Source of the DNA: Polyangiales bacterium
GTDB lineage: Bacteria; Myxococcota_A; Polyangia; Polyangiales; Polyangiaceae
DNA: 64,000 nucleotides
NCBI GenBank assembly: GCA_038231275.1
Contig: JBBRLQ010000014.1
Location: 32,001-96,000, forward strand
Reading direction: 5' to 3'
Shown here: one piece after another, positions 39,166-48,982 of the stretch
How the letters are laid out: every line of letters starts with the position of its first letter
Position numbering within the stretch: position 1 is the first letter of the stretch
The notes under the pieces: generated by a model
The model's input: the letters and a program-made list of their open reading frames with translations, nothing else
Databases searched by the model: none
Told to the model about the DNA's origin: nothing
Made by a program: the position numbers and the translations under genes

Positions 39166-39336
39166 ACGAGCGTTGTACGACGGGTTGGGTCGTTTTCCAC
39201 CCGGCGCGGGCGATTTTTCGCGGCGTCGTCGCTGGCGGAGACGGCCTCGGCGACGTGACGTCCGTGACCGAGCACAGCTCCGCTCGCTCGTGTTTCGTAC
39301 GGGCGAGAAGGTCGCCTTCGCGTAGCCTTGGGCGAG

Positions 39337-40560
39337 ATGGCGCAGGATCTCGATCTGGCGTTCGAAGACGCCGTCGGCGCCGAGCGCGCGCGCATCCTGA
39401 AGCGCCTCGCGGTCCTTCGCGCGGTCGGCGTGGCCGGGTGGCTCGCGCTCGCGGTGTTCTTCGGAGTGGTCGGAGAAGATCGGGCGACGTGGCGCGTCCA
39501 GGCGCCGTGGCTCGCGGCGTACTTCGCGCTTTCGCTCGTGATGGTCGTGGCGTCGCGTCGCCAGGGCGGGATGCGCGGGAGCTCCTTCGCGGTGGCCTTC
39601 GTCGACGCGCCGATGGTCTACCTGATCGTCCGGTGCGTTCTGCCGCTGTCGAGCGATCCGAGCGCGGTCGCGTCGTTCGATTTCGGCCTCTCCGTCCTCA
39701 TCGTGCTCTTGTCGGTTCTCTCGTTCGACCGCGCCGCCATTCGCGCGACCGCGGTCGTCGTCGTCCTCACGAACCAAGCGATCCTCTGGCAGGTCAAGGA
39801 GGCGCTCGCCGAGCGTGTCTCGTCGGCGCTCGGCGTCGTGGTCGGCGCGGCGGCGGCGCTCTTTGCGTCGAACCAGATGCTCTCCCTGGTCCGTCAGGTC
39901 GCGCGCGGCCAACAAGCGCGCGAGCGACTCTCGCGTTATTTTTCCCCGGCGGTCGCCGAGCGCATCGTCCGCGCGGGCGGCGACGTCGGCGCCGGTGAGC
40001 ACCGCGAGGTCACCATCCTCTTCTCGGACATCCGCGGCTTCACCGCCCAGTCGGAGAACCTCGCGAGCCCCGACGTCGTCGCGATGCTCAACGAGTACTT
40101 GTCGGAGATGGTCGCCGTGATCTTCCGCCATGGCGGGACGCTCGACAAATTCATCGGCGACGGGATCCTCGCGTACTTCGGCGCCCCGCTCGACGCGCCC
40201 GACCACGCGCGCGACGCGGTGGCGTGCGCGCTCGACATGGTCGACGCCCTCCAGTCCCTGAACGAGCGCCGACAGTCGCGCGGCCAGGGGGCGCTCGTGG
40301 TCGGCATCGGCGTGCACACGGGGCGTGTCGTCGTGGGGGACATCGGGCCGGAGTCGCGCCGCGAATACACGGTGATCGGCGACGCCGTGAACCTCGCGTC
40401 GCGCATCGAGGGCATGACCAAGATCGCGGGCGCGGGCGTCCTCGTGTCGGCGGACACGCACGATCGCGCCGCGGACGCCTTCGCCTGGCGCGCCGCCGAG
40501 CCGGCCACGGTGCGCGGAAAGTCCGCACCCGTCCTCACCTACGAGCCTTCGCGCAGGTAA
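39337..40560 (+). CDS. Membrane-bound class III adenylate cyclase
   Basis: About 6 TM helices; [21 protein letters not shown] and [15 protein letters not shown] motifs (Lys and Thr at the ATP-specificity positions). Confidence 0.92.
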   Translation: MAQDLDLAFEDAVGAERARILKRLAVLRAVGVAGWLALAVFFGVVGEDRATWRVQAPWLAAYFALSLVMVVASRRQGGMRGSSFAVAFVDAPMVYLIVRCVLPLSSDPSAVASFDFGLSVLIVLLSVLSFDRAAIRATAVVVVLTNQAILWQVKEALAERVSSALGVVVGAAAALFASNQMLSLVRQVARGQQARERLSRYFSPAVAERIVRAGGDVGAGEHREVTILFSDIRGFTAQSENLASPDVVAMLNEYLSEMVAVIFRHGGTLDKFIGDGILAYFGAPLDAPDHARDAVACALDMVDALQSLNERRQSRGQGALVVGIGVHTGRVVVGDIGPESRREYTVIGDAVNLASRIEGMTKIAGAGVLVSADTHDRAADAFAWRAAEPATVRGKSAPVLTYEPSRR

Positions 40561-40608
40561 TTCCGCGGCGCGGGCAACTCGTGGCAAACTGAGGGGGTGG
40601 CAGTGGGG

Positions 40609-41862
40609 ATGATCAAACGCGCGGCGATGGTGACGGCGCCGCTCCTGGCGCTCGCTGCCGCGTGCGGCATCGACTCGCAAGGCTCCCCGACGTTCTGCGA
40701 TTCGCCGGACGCCACCGCCGACGGCACCGTCGCCGACGGTCCCGCTGCCACCGACGCCAGCCTCGACGAGGCGACGCCGACCTCCGACGCGCCTGGCCCC
40801 GATGCGCCGAACGACGCCGGCTCCACGGTCGACGCGATCGCGCTGTGCAAGTCCGAGTGCGAGGGCAAAGAGGCCGGCGTCTGCGAGGGCGGCACCTGCG
40901 TCATCGACTGCCCGTACCAGAAGTGCCCTACCAAGGTGACGTGCCCCTCCGGCATCGGCTGCAAGGTCACGTGCGCGCAGAGCGCGTGCGGCGACGGCGT
41001 CGACTGCTCCGGCGCGACGAGCTGCGCGATCGACTGCGGCTCCGCCGCGTGCCTCGGCGCCATGAAGTGCGCGGGCTCGACGTGCGCGCTCTCGTGCGGC
41101 GGCGGCTCGTGCACTGGCCCCATCGACTGCAAGGCCGGCCAGTGCGACGTCTTCTGCTCCGGCGGCGGGAGCTCGAGCACCTGCGGGCAAGGAGTCACCA
41201 CGACGGCGCGCGCGTCGAACATCCGTTGCTTCGGCGCCGCGTGCAAGGACGTCACGTGCGACGGCGGCAGCTGCAACATCGACTGCGAGCCGACGAACAG
41301 CTGCGCCGGCGTCGTCGTGGCGAACGGCGCGGTTCAGAACCGTATCCAGTGCTACCAGGCGTGCGGACAGGACGTGCGCTGCACCGGTCGCAACTGCACG
41401 GTCTACGCGTCGGGATCGAACACGGCGACCGGCGCAGTGGACAGCAAAGCCACGGGCACCACGACGATCGACTGCCGAAACGGCGCCTGCACCAAGGACG
41501 TGACGTGCGCCGGCACCGACTGCAACGTCCTCTGCACCGGGAGCGGGAGCTGCGCCGCCGCGGTTCGCAGCGCCGCCACCGGCGAGACCACGGTCGACTG
41601 CACGAACTACGCGTGCGCGGGCGACGTCGGCTGCGCGGGCGGCGACTGTCTCGTCACGTGCAACGGCGCGAACACGTGCAAGGGCGTCGACTCCACCGCG
41701 ACTGGAACGAGCACGATCGACTGTTATAGCGGCGCGTGCACGCAGAAGGTCCACTGCGCGGGCGGCAGCTGCGCGACGACCTGCGTGAACGGCTGCGGCG
41801 GCGGCGTATGCTGCGACGCCGGCGCGTGCAGCGTCACCGGCAACACGAACGGCTGCCCGTGA
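40609..41862 (+). CDS. Cys/Thr/Gly-rich repeat lipoprotein (probable disulfide-stabilised beta-solenoid)
   Basis: Lipobox LAAAC; ~41-aa repeats VxSxATGxxTI/VDCxxxACxxxVxCAGxxCxxxC. Confidence 0.8.
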   Translation: MIKRAAMVTAPLLALAAACGIDSQGSPTFCDSPDATADGTVADGPAATDASLDEATPTSDAPGPDAPNDAGSTVDAIALCKSECEGKEAGVCEGGTCVIDCPYQKCPTKVTCPSGIGCKVTCAQSACGDGVDCSGATSCAIDCGSAACLGAMKCAGSTCALSCGGGSCTGPIDCKAGQCDVFCSGGGSSSTCGQGVTTTARASNIRCFGAACKDVTCDGGSCNIDCEPTNSCAGVVVANGAVQNRIQCYQACGQDVRCTGRNCTVYASGSNTATGAVDSKATGTTTIDCRNGACTKDVTCAGTDCNVLCTGSGSCAAAVRSAATGETTVDCTNYACAGDVGCAGGDCLVTCNGANTCKGVDSTATGTSTIDCYSGACTQKVHCAGGSCATTCVNGCGGGVCCDAGACSVTGNTNGCP

Positions 41863-41872
41863 CGCGCGCCGC

Positions 41873-43021
41873 TCAGGTCGGGTAGAGCTCGATGCGCGTG
41901 ATCTCGGCCGGCGCGCCGACGCGCATCGGCGGGCCCCAGTAGCCGGTGCCGCGGCTCACGTAGATCGTCGCGCCTTCGTGCTTCGAGAGGCCGGCGACGT
42001 GCGGCTGGTCGATTTTTACGGCGTAGCCCCACGGCCATATTTGCCCGCCGTGCGTGTGCCCGGAGAGCTGGAGATCGATCCCGTGCTTCACCGCGTCGAG
42101 GATCGTCTTCGGCTGATGCGCGAGGAGGACGAGCGCCCGCGCAGGATCGCGGCCCGTGAGGGCCTTTTCGAGATCCGTGCCGTGCCCGCGGCCGTAGCTC
42201 TTCGCGCTGTGATCGTCGACGCCGGCGAGGTCGAAGGCGCCGCCCTGGATGGCGACCCGCTCGTTGCGCAGCACGCGCACGCCGAGCGTCGCGAGGAAAG
42301 GGAGCCACTCGTCGACACCCGAGTAGTACTCGTGGTTGCCGGTGACGAAGAAGACGCCGTCCTTCGCGCGGAGATCCTTCAGCGGTTCGACGAGCGCGCC
42401 GAGCTCCGCGACCGAGCCGTCCACCAAGTCTCCGGTGATGACGACCATGTCGGGCGCCTCACCGTTGATCGTGCCGACGATCTGCTGGATGAACTCGCGC
42501 CCGATCGTCGGCCCCACGTGGACGTCGGTGATCTGGACGATCGTGTATCCCGCGAGCTCCTTCGGGAGCTTGGCGAGCGGCACGCGCACACGCGCGACGT
42601 CGACCTTGGAGAGCACCGAGCGGAGGCCCGACGCGGCGAGGCCGGTGCCGACGAGCCCCACGATCGCGGCGAATCCGCGCGCGATCGCGAGGCGGCGTGA
42701 GGGGTCCGCGTCGGCGCTACGGGCGACCACCCAGCGCGGCAGATCCAGTGTGAGCATGACGAACAGCGTCACGAACGCGAGGCCCATCCATATGAAGACG
42801 ACCCACATGAGCGGCGACGAGACGGAGCGCGGCAAGGCGCGCATCACGAGGAAGCTCACCGGCATCGCGATGCCGAAGCCCAGGATCGCGTATGACGCCA
42901 CGCTCCCCCACGGCGCCGGCCACGCCGGGTCGCGGACCAGGCGCATCCACAGGTAGTAGTGCCAGGCCAGCGTGATGGCCGAGACGACCACGAGGAAGAC
43001 GAGCACGCGTGAGAGCGACAT
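41873..43021 (-). CDS. Membrane-anchored metallophosphoesterase (YkuE-like)
   Basis: TDVH, GDLVD, GNHEYY, AHQP and GHTHGGQ motifs; N-terminal TM helices. Confidence 0.93.
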   Translation of the reverse strand: MSLSRVLVFLVVVSAITLAWHYYLWMRLVRDPAWPAPWGSVASYAILGFGIAMPVSFLVMRALPRSVSSPLMWVVFIWMGLAFVTLFVMLTLDLPRWVVARSADADPSRRLAIARGFAAIVGLVGTGLAASGLRSVLSKVDVARVRVPLAKLPKELAGYTIVQITDVHVGPTIGREFIQQIVGTINGEAPDMVVITGDLVDGSVAELGALVEPLKDLRAKDGVFFVTGNHEYYSGVDEWLPFLATLGVRVLRNERVAIQGGAFDLAGVDDHSAKSYGRGHGTDLEKALTGRDPARALVLLAHQPKTILDAVKHGIDLQLSGHTHGGQIWPWGYAVKIDQPHVAGLSKHEGATIYVSRGTGYWGPPMRVGAPAEITRIELYPT

Positions 43022-43026
43022 CGGTC

Positions 43027-43851
43027 TTAGCGGAGGAACCCGGGCACGAGCGAGAGCGCGCCGGCTTCGAGCGGCACGCGACCGGTATACGGCGCGCGCG
43101 CGAACTCGACTATGCAGCCGGGCTTCGTCGCGGTGAGCGAGACGGGGGCGCCGGCGGTGAGACCGGTGATGGCGGCGCGGCCGGCGGCGGTCGTCGTGGT
43201 CCCGGTCGTGGCCTGCGGGATGGCGTCATTCGTGTAGTAGGTGATCCTGGCCTCGGGGTGGCCGTCGACGGCGAAGGTGATGCCGTCCACCGCGCCGCAC
43301 GCGCCCGCGTCCTTCACGTCGGCCGTGACGCCGACGACGATCGCGGTCTTCGTGGGCCCGAAGCTCGGCACGAGCGCCGTGAAGAGCGACGGTGGCAGCG
43401 GCGCGTCGATGCCGGACTTGTCGGCGTCGAACTGCATCTCTGCGATGAGCGTCGTCGCGTAGTTCATCGCCTCGAGGCGCGCGAAGAACGGCGCGCCTTT
43501 GGTAATCTGCGCCGTGACGGTGCCGTCGGCGGCGCTGGTGGCGACCGTGCCTGGACAAAGGGACGCCGAGACGCCCGCGCCCGCAACGGGCGTGCCGGGG
43601 CCGCTGCCGGTCGCGATCTGACGGACCACGATGCCGAGCGTGACGTACGGCGCCGCGCCGCAGATGATCGACGAGGTGGGACCGGTGTCTCCGGCACCAG
43701 CGTCGTTCGGGTCTCCCGGATTGCCGTCCGTCGTTGCGTCCGCGCCGCCTCCTGGGACCGGCGCCCCGGACGACGAGGCCGACGAGCACGCCGAGGCTGC
43801 GCACACGAAGGCGAGGGGAGCAAACGCGCGCGCGAGGGCTTCGTGCTTCAT
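43027..43851 (-). CDS. Hypothetical lipoprotein (prealbumin-like beta-sandwich domains)
   Basis: Lipobox ASAC; PVAGAGV..TSAADG pattern; start overlaps the stop of the aminopeptidase gene. Confidence 0.65.
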   Translation of the reverse strand: MKHEALARAFAPLAFVCAASACSSASSSGAPVPGGGADATTDGNPGDPNDAGAGDTGPTSSIICGAAPYVTLGIVVRQIATGSGPGTPVAGAGVSASLCPGTVATSAADGTVTAQITKGAPFFARLEAMNYATTLIAEMQFDADKSGIDAPLPPSLFTALVPSFGPTKTAIVVGVTADVKDAGACGAVDGITFAVDGHPEARITYYTNDAIPQATTGTTTTAAGRAAITGLTAGAPVSLTATKPGCIVEFARAPYTGRVPLEAGALSLVPGFLR

Positions 43852-46574
43852 GGCGCACCTACCTTACCGCGGAGTGCCTTGCTCGTCGCGGCGCTCCCGC
43901 GGGTCCGCAACTCGGCGCACAGGCTCGCCGACTCGAGGGACGTCGCCAGCGCGCGCGCCGCGCCCTCGATGCCGGCGGCGCGTGGCGTAAAGAATGCGGC
44001 AGCGGCCTCCTTTTCGGCCCGCGTGCACGACAGGCCCGCCGCGAAGACGAGGCCGCCCGAGAGCTGCCCTGGGAGCTTGGCGCGGAGGCGATCCCACCGC
44101 GACTCCATCCATCGCGCCAAAATGGGCCGCGTCGCCTTCCTCCCCGCGGCGCTGCCGATCAGGTACGTCCCTTCGCTCGGCTTCAGCTCGTCCGTGAGGA
44201 ACACGTCGAGCGCCCGCTCGAGCAACGCCGCGTCGTCGAAGCCCGCCATCGCGCGCACCGCCACGATGCGATCTTGCGGTGTCTTCGCGCGCTTTGCCAT
44301 GTCGCGGAGCGCGGTGAGCCGCTCCGCGTTGGCACCGCGCGAGGCGAGATCGACCGCGATCGGGGCGACGTCGGGATCGACTGAAGCGGGATCTTTGAGC
44401 CACGCTTGCGCGATCGCGTCGGCCTCGCGGAGCGTCGTCGGATCGCCGGCGAGATCGGCCATCGCGTAAAGGACGGTGCGACGGAGAAGTGTCCGCTCGT
44501 CTTCTTCTTTTTCTTTCGCCATCGGGGTCCACCCGAGCGCCGCCTTGTGACGCGCCAGCCGCGCCGCGACGTAGGTGCGGAACTGCGGGCGCACGTCGTC
44601 GTCGACCACCGTGTCGCTCAGCCCGCCGAGATCGCCGATCACCGCCTCGACGACGACGCGCTCGGTCTCTTTGTCGAACGCCGGGAGCATTTTGAGGAGC
44701 TGCTCGGGACCGATCGCGCCCGCGCGAACCGCGGCCCACGCGTTCGACACGAAGGCGAGCCGATCGGCTGCGTCTTGGCTCGGCACCGCGCGCGCGAGGG
44801 CCGCGAGCTCCGGCCCCGCCTCGGTAACGCGAAAATATCCGGTCGCGCCATCGTTCGGCATGACCCACCCCGGACATCGCCCCGTCCCCGCGACCATCGA
44901 CGGGGCGCCGCCGGCGAGGAGCGTGCAGACCGGCTCTTTTCGCCCTTCCGCGCGCACGCAAATCGGGTGCGACCACGTCTGCTGTGTGTCCGCTGCGGTG
45001 CTCCCGAGCGGACGCCACGCTTCCTGTTGCAGCTCGACGTGCCATCGCCCCGGCTCGCACTCGAGGTGCGCGGTGACGAGCGGCACGCCAGGCCGATCGA
45101 GGAAGCTCTCGGCGACCTCGGTGACGTTCTTGCGCGACGCGGTGTCGAGCGTGCCGAAGAGCGCGGCGGCGGTGACGCTCTTGTACGCGTTGGCCTCGAG
45201 GTAGTCGTGGAGGGCGGTCTGGAACGTCGCGGCGCCGACCCACCCCTCGAGCATGCCGAGGATCGCCGCGCCCTTCGTGTACGTGATTCCGTCGAACGCT
45301 TCTCGCGCCTCTGCCGCCGTTCGCACCGGCTGACGAACCGCGCGCGCGCTCGCGAGGCCGTCCTGATCCATCACCCAGAGCCCGCCGCTCACGAGATCAT
45401 GCCGCGTCCCGAGCTGCGGCTGCCACGCGCTCACCGTGCGCGACTGGAGCCACGTCGCCATCGCCTCGTTCAGCCAGAGATCGTTCCACCACTCCGCCGT
45501 CACCAGATCGCCGAACCACTGGTGGGCGACCTCGTGCGCCATGAGCGTCGCGAGCGAACGCCGCGCCCGCGTCGCCACGCGCTTTGGATCGACGAGCAGC
45601 GCCTCCTCGCGGAACGTGATGAGCCCGGCGTTCTCCATCGCCCCCGACGCGAACTCCGGGACCGCGACGAGGTCGAGCTTGGGAAAGGGGAACTTCACCT
45701 TCAAGTACCCCTCGAGCACCTGCGTGACCCCGGCCGCGGTGTCGAGCGCCAGCTGCGCGAGGTCCCCTTTGCCCTTGAGCGAGATGACACGAAGGGGGAC
45801 CGGGCTCGTCGCCCCCTCGCGCACGTCGAAGTCGCCGACCGCCAGCGCGAGCAGGTACGTCGGCAGCGGCTTGGTCGTCGCGAAACGAAAGGTCGTCCCA
45901 TCGCCGGTGGTCGCCTTCGCGCGCGAGGCCTCGGGAGCGTTCGCCACCGCGATCATTCCTGACGGCACCGTCACCCGCACGTCGAACGGCGCCTTGAACG
46001 CGGGCTCGTCGAAGCACGGCATCATGCGCCGCGCGTCGGTGGGCTCGAAGTCCGTGTAGGCCGACCACGCCTCGCCCGACTTGACGCGATAGAGCCCGCT
46101 GAGATCCGCGGCGAACGGCGCGTCGTAGTCGAGGGTCAGCGACGCTGGCTCGCCGGGGAGGAGGGCGCGCGCGAACGAAAGCACGATCTCTTCGTGGTCC
46201 TTGCCGCCGCTCGCCGCGCGCGTCGTCACGCTCGCCGCGTTCGAGGCGCCGCCCACCGTCGCCGACGCGCGCGCGATCGCGACGTCACGGCCGTGCAGGA
46301 CGACGTGGAACGTCTTCGCGCGTACGTCGAGCTCGACGACCACCGTCCCGTGAAAGCGCTCCTTGCGCGGATCGACGTCGAGCGCGACGTCGTAGTGGAT
46401 CGGCCGCACGTCGCTCGATAGCCTTCCGGCTTCGCGCGTCGGCGGCACGGGATCCGGCGCCTCGACCGGCGCCATGCGCACGGGCGCCACGTGAACGGGC
46501 GGCGGCGCGTCACCGCAGCCGACGAGCAGCGCGAGCGTGACCGGTACCGCCCAACCTCCGAGCACGCGGCGCAT
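43848..46574 (-). CDS. M1 family aminopeptidase with ERAP1-like C-domain, lipoprotein
   Basis: GAMEN, HEVAHQWFG, WLNE, FDGITYTKG and PCFDEP motifs; lipobox LVGC. Confidence 0.95.
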   Translation of the reverse strand: MRRVLGGWAVPVTLALLVGCGDAPPPVHVAPVRMAPVEAPDPVPPTREAGRLSSDVRPIHYDVALDVDPRKERFHGTVVVELDVRAKTFHVVLHGRDVAIARASATVGGASNAASVTTRAASGGKDHEEIVLSFARALLPGEPASLTLDYDAPFAADLSGLYRVKSGEAWSAYTDFEPTDARRMMPCFDEPAFKAPFDVRVTVPSGMIAVANAPEASRAKATTGDGTTFRFATTKPLPTYLLALAVGDFDVREGATSPVPLRVISLKGKGDLAQLALDTAAGVTQVLEGYLKVKFPFPKLDLVAVPEFASGAMENAGLITFREEALLVDPKRVATRARRSLATLMAHEVAHQWFGDLVTAEWWNDLWLNEAMATWLQSRTVSAWQPQLGTRHDLVSGGLWVMDQDGLASARAVRQPVRTAAEAREAFDGITYTKGAAILGMLEGWVGAATFQTALHDYLEANAYKSVTAAALFGTLDTASRKNVTEVAESFLDRPGVPLVTAHLECEPGRWHVELQQEAWRPLGSTAADTQQTWSHPICVRAEGRKEPVCTLLAGGAPSMVAGTGRCPGWVMPNDGATGYFRVTEAGPELAALARAVPSQDAADRLAFVSNAWAAVRAGAIGPEQLLKMLPAFDKETERVVVEAVIGDLGGLSDTVVDDDVRPQFRTYVAARLARHKAALGWTPMAKEKEEDERTLLRRTVLYAMADLAGDPTTLREADAIAQAWLKDPASVDPDVAPIAVDLASRGANAERLTALRDMAKRAKTPQDRIVAVRAMAGFDDAALLERALDVFLTDELKPSEGTYLIGSAAGRKATRPILARWMESRWDRLRAKLPGQLSGGLVFAAGLSCTRAEKEAAAAFFTPRAAGIEGAARALATSLESASLCAELRTRGSAATSKALRGKVGAP

Positions 46575-46642
46575 CTGAGAGCACCGTCCCAAACGCACGC
46601 GCCGGGGTCAAGGCGTGGTTCGCCCGAGCGCGCGCCTGCGCG

Positions 46643-47089
46643 TCACCGTCCCCGAGGAACTCCGATGCGCGTCATCGAGTCACTCATTTCGTGATAGGAG
46701 GGCGGCCTCGGCGCGCCGGTGCGCATGACCTTCGCCGAGCGCGGTGCGTCACGACGAACCTGGACCGACGGCGAGGTCAGCGCGATCTCGTCGCCCAAGC
46801 GACCGGGGCGCATCAACACCGCGCTCGCGCCGGGGCGCCACTCGCCCGAAACGTTCGGGCCGTTGCCGACGTCGACGAGCCAGCCGGTCATCGTCATCCC
46901 GATGCACTCGTTCTGCGGCGCGCCGGTTTCCTGCCGTTGCACGGAGATGCAGAGCCCATCTCGGAAGCGGTAGACCGTGTGGCGCGTGGCGATCGTCATG
47001 TCGCCTTGCCACGCGGAGGGATCGGAGGCGAGCTCGGCGCCGCGCTCCACGATCCTCTTCATAAGCTCTTTCCGACCCGACATGTCCAC
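46643..47089 (-). CDS. Hypothetical protein
   Basis: GGAGG 5 nt before GTG 47089; TRHTVYRFRDGLCISV..WRPGASAVL..ALTS; preceded by a strong sigma54-type promoter. Confidence 0.7.
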   Translation of the reverse strand: MDMSGRKELMKRIVERGAELASDPSAWQGDMTIATRHTVYRFRDGLCISVQRQETGAPQNECIGMTMTGWLVDVGNGPNVSGEWRPGASAVLMRPGRLGDEIALTSPSVQVRRDAPRSAKVMRTGAPRPPSYHEMSDSMTRIGVPRGR

Positions 47090-47121
47090 GGCATCCTCCG
47101 GTTCAAGTAGGAGAATGTAGG

Positions 47122-47137
47122 AGCAACGTCCGTGCCG
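47122..47137 (-). promoter_or_regulatory. sigma54 (-24/-12) promoter
   Basis: Minus strand CGGCACG-GACG-TTGCT, one mismatch to TGGCACG-N4-TTGCW. Confidence 0.75.
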
Positions 47138-47161
47138 ACCCTCGGAGAGGGTCAAAACGGC

Positions 47162-47188
47162 ACTAACTATATGAAATTAGTAAAATAT
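47162..47188. promoter_or_regulatory. AT-rich IHF-like binding site
   Basis: ACTAACTATATGAAATTAGTAAAATAT; resembles YAA-N4-TTGATW; 25-50 bp upstream of the -24 element. Confidence 0.55.
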
Positions 47189-47311
47189 GGTCGTGCGAGG
47201 GTGGTGCCAGCGGGGCCCGTCGTGGGCCGCCGATCCATGCACGTACGACTGTCCGCGCGGCCTCGCGCGAGGGCTCGCGACGCCGCGCGATCTCATCTCG
47301 AGAGCGGGACG

Positions 47312-47566
47312 CTACTTCGGAACGACCGCGGGCCGGCCCATCTCCATGACCTCGACGTTGAGCTCGATCACGCACTTCAACATCGCCGAGCGCTGCTCCT
47401 CGGTCGGCGGCTGCGCGGGCCAGGCGCGGACGGCGCGCTCGTAGACGCGTGCCTTGGCGCGCAGCTCACGCGCGCGGGCGGACGCCGGAAGGCTCTCGAG
47501 TCGATCGAGGATGTCCTCGAGCGATTGTTCGACGATGGAGAGTCGTGTCGACTTGCCGGCCGCCAT
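47312..47566 (-). CDS. Small helical hypothetical protein (84 aa)
   Basis: C-terminal part of ORF 47312..48850 from MAAGKSTRLS; coding-like codon bias; TACGAT 6 nt upstream of the ATG. Confidence 0.7.
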   Translation of the reverse strand: MAAGKSTRLSIVEQSLEDILDRLESLPASARARELRAKARVYERAVRAWPAQPPTEEQRSAMLKCVIELNVEVMEMGRPAVVPK

Positions 47567-47590
47567 GGTTCGATCGTACGAGAGCATACC

Positions 47591-48982
47591 ATGCGAATCG
47601 GAAGGCATCGATCGATCGGCTTCGTGCGCGCGGCGGCATTCCTCGTGGCGTCCGTGTGGGCGTCTGTCTCCACCGCCGCACCGCCGGAGATCGCGCAGGA
47701 AAAGTCCAAGCTGAGCAACGGCCTCGAGGTCGTCCTCCACGAAGACCACCGGACGCCGATCGTGACGGTGAACCTCTGGTACCACGTGGGCAGCAAGGAC
47801 GAGCCGGCCGGCAAGAACGGCTTCGCGCACTTGTTCGAGCACCTGATGTTCCAGGGCAGCAAGCACGTCCCGGAGGACGCGTACTTCCGCATGCTCGAGC
47901 GCGCAGGCGCCAGCGACATCAACGGCACGACGAACACCGATCGCACGAACTACTTCGAGACCGTGCCGCCCGGGCAGCTCGAGCTCGCGCTGTGGCTCGA
48001 GAGCGATCGCATGGGATTCTTGCTCGATCACGTCGACCAGCTCACGTTCGCCGGGCAGCGCGACGTCGTGAAGAACGAGCGGCGCCAGCGCTACGAGAAC
48101 GCGCCGTACGGCCTCGCGCTCATGTTCATCCGCGAGCAGCTCTTTCCGAAGACGCACCCCTACCACCTCCTCACGATCGGCACGCCGCAGGATCTCGACG
48201 CAGCGACGCTCGACGACGTGAAGGCGTTCTTCCGCACCTGGTACGTACCGAGCAACGCCACGCTCGTCGTTGCTGGCGACATCGACAAGGCAAAGACCAA
48301 GGCGCTGGTGGACAAATATTTCGGCCCGGTTCGCGGCGCGCAAGTGCCCGCGCGACCGCCCCTGCCGGAGGTGAAGCTCACGAAGCAGACGCGCCTCGAC
48401 GTGAGCGCGCAGGTCGAGCTGGGGCGGGTGTACGTGTCGTGGCCGACGCCCGCGTTCTTCACGACCGCCGACGCCGAGCTCGACATGGCCGCGCACGTCC
48501 TTTCCAGCGGCAAGACCAGCCGCCTCTACAAGCGCCTCGTCTACGATCTCCAGATCGCGCAGGACGTCTCGGCCTACCAGGGCTCGATGCAGCTCTCGAG
48601 CGTCTTCGAGATCGTCGCGACGGCGGCGCCCGGGCACACGCCCGACGAGATCCTCAAGGTGATCGACGAGGAGGTCAAGAAGCTGCAAGACACGCCGCCC
48701 GCCGACGCGGAGCTGGCGCGCGCAAAGACGGACGTGCGCGCCCACGCCGTCTTCGATCTGGAGCGTGACGCGTCGCGCGCCGATCGGCTGAACCTCTACA
48801 ACCACTACACCGGCGATCCCGGATACCTGCCGAAGGATCTCGACGCGCACGAACGCGTCACCGCCGCCCAGGCGACGGCCGCCGCGGTGAAGTACCTGCC
48901 GCTCGACAAGCGCGTCGTTACGGTGGTCACCCCCAACAAGACCGCGCCCGTGTGCGGTCGCCTCGACAAGGTGTCGCCGTGA
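47591..48982 (+). CDS. M16B zinc peptidase, catalytic subunit
   Basis: VGSKDE, AHLFEHLMFQGS (HxxEH), NGTTNTDRTNY, LESDRM and VKNERR motifs. Confidence 0.95.
   Translation: MRIGRHRSIGFVRAAAFLVASVWASVSTAAPPEIAQEKSKLSNGLEVVLHEDHRTPIVTVNLWYHVGSKDEPAGKNGFAHLFEHLMFQGSKHVPEDAYFRMLERAGASDINGTTNTDRTNYFETVPPGQLELALWLESDRMGFLLDHVDQLTFAGQRDVVKNERRQRYENAPYGLALMFIREQLFPKTHPYHLLTIGTPQDLDAATLDDVKAFFRTWYVPSNATLVVAGDIDKAKTKALVDKYFGPVRGAQVPARPPLPEVKLTKQTRLDVSAQVELGRVYVSWPTPAFFTTADAELDMAAHVLSSGKTSRLYKRLVYDLQIAQDVSAYQGSMQLSSVFEIVATAAPGHTPDEILKVIDEEVKKLQDTPPADAELARAKTDVRAHAVFDLERDASRADRLNLYNHYTGDPGYLPKDLDAHERVTAAQATAAAVKYLPLDKRVVTVVTPNKTAPVCGRLDKVSP

Noticed and set aside
39166..41754. N-terminal 860 aa of the 1217-aa minus ORF 38101..41754
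   Set aside because: Antisense to the cyclase and the Cys-repeat gene; only the part from ATG 39165 has a signal peptide and coherent content.
47162..47190. AT-rich element as a Xer dif site
   Set aside because: Poor match to the XerD arm TTATGTTAAAT; its position next to a sigma54 promoter fits an IHF-like site better.
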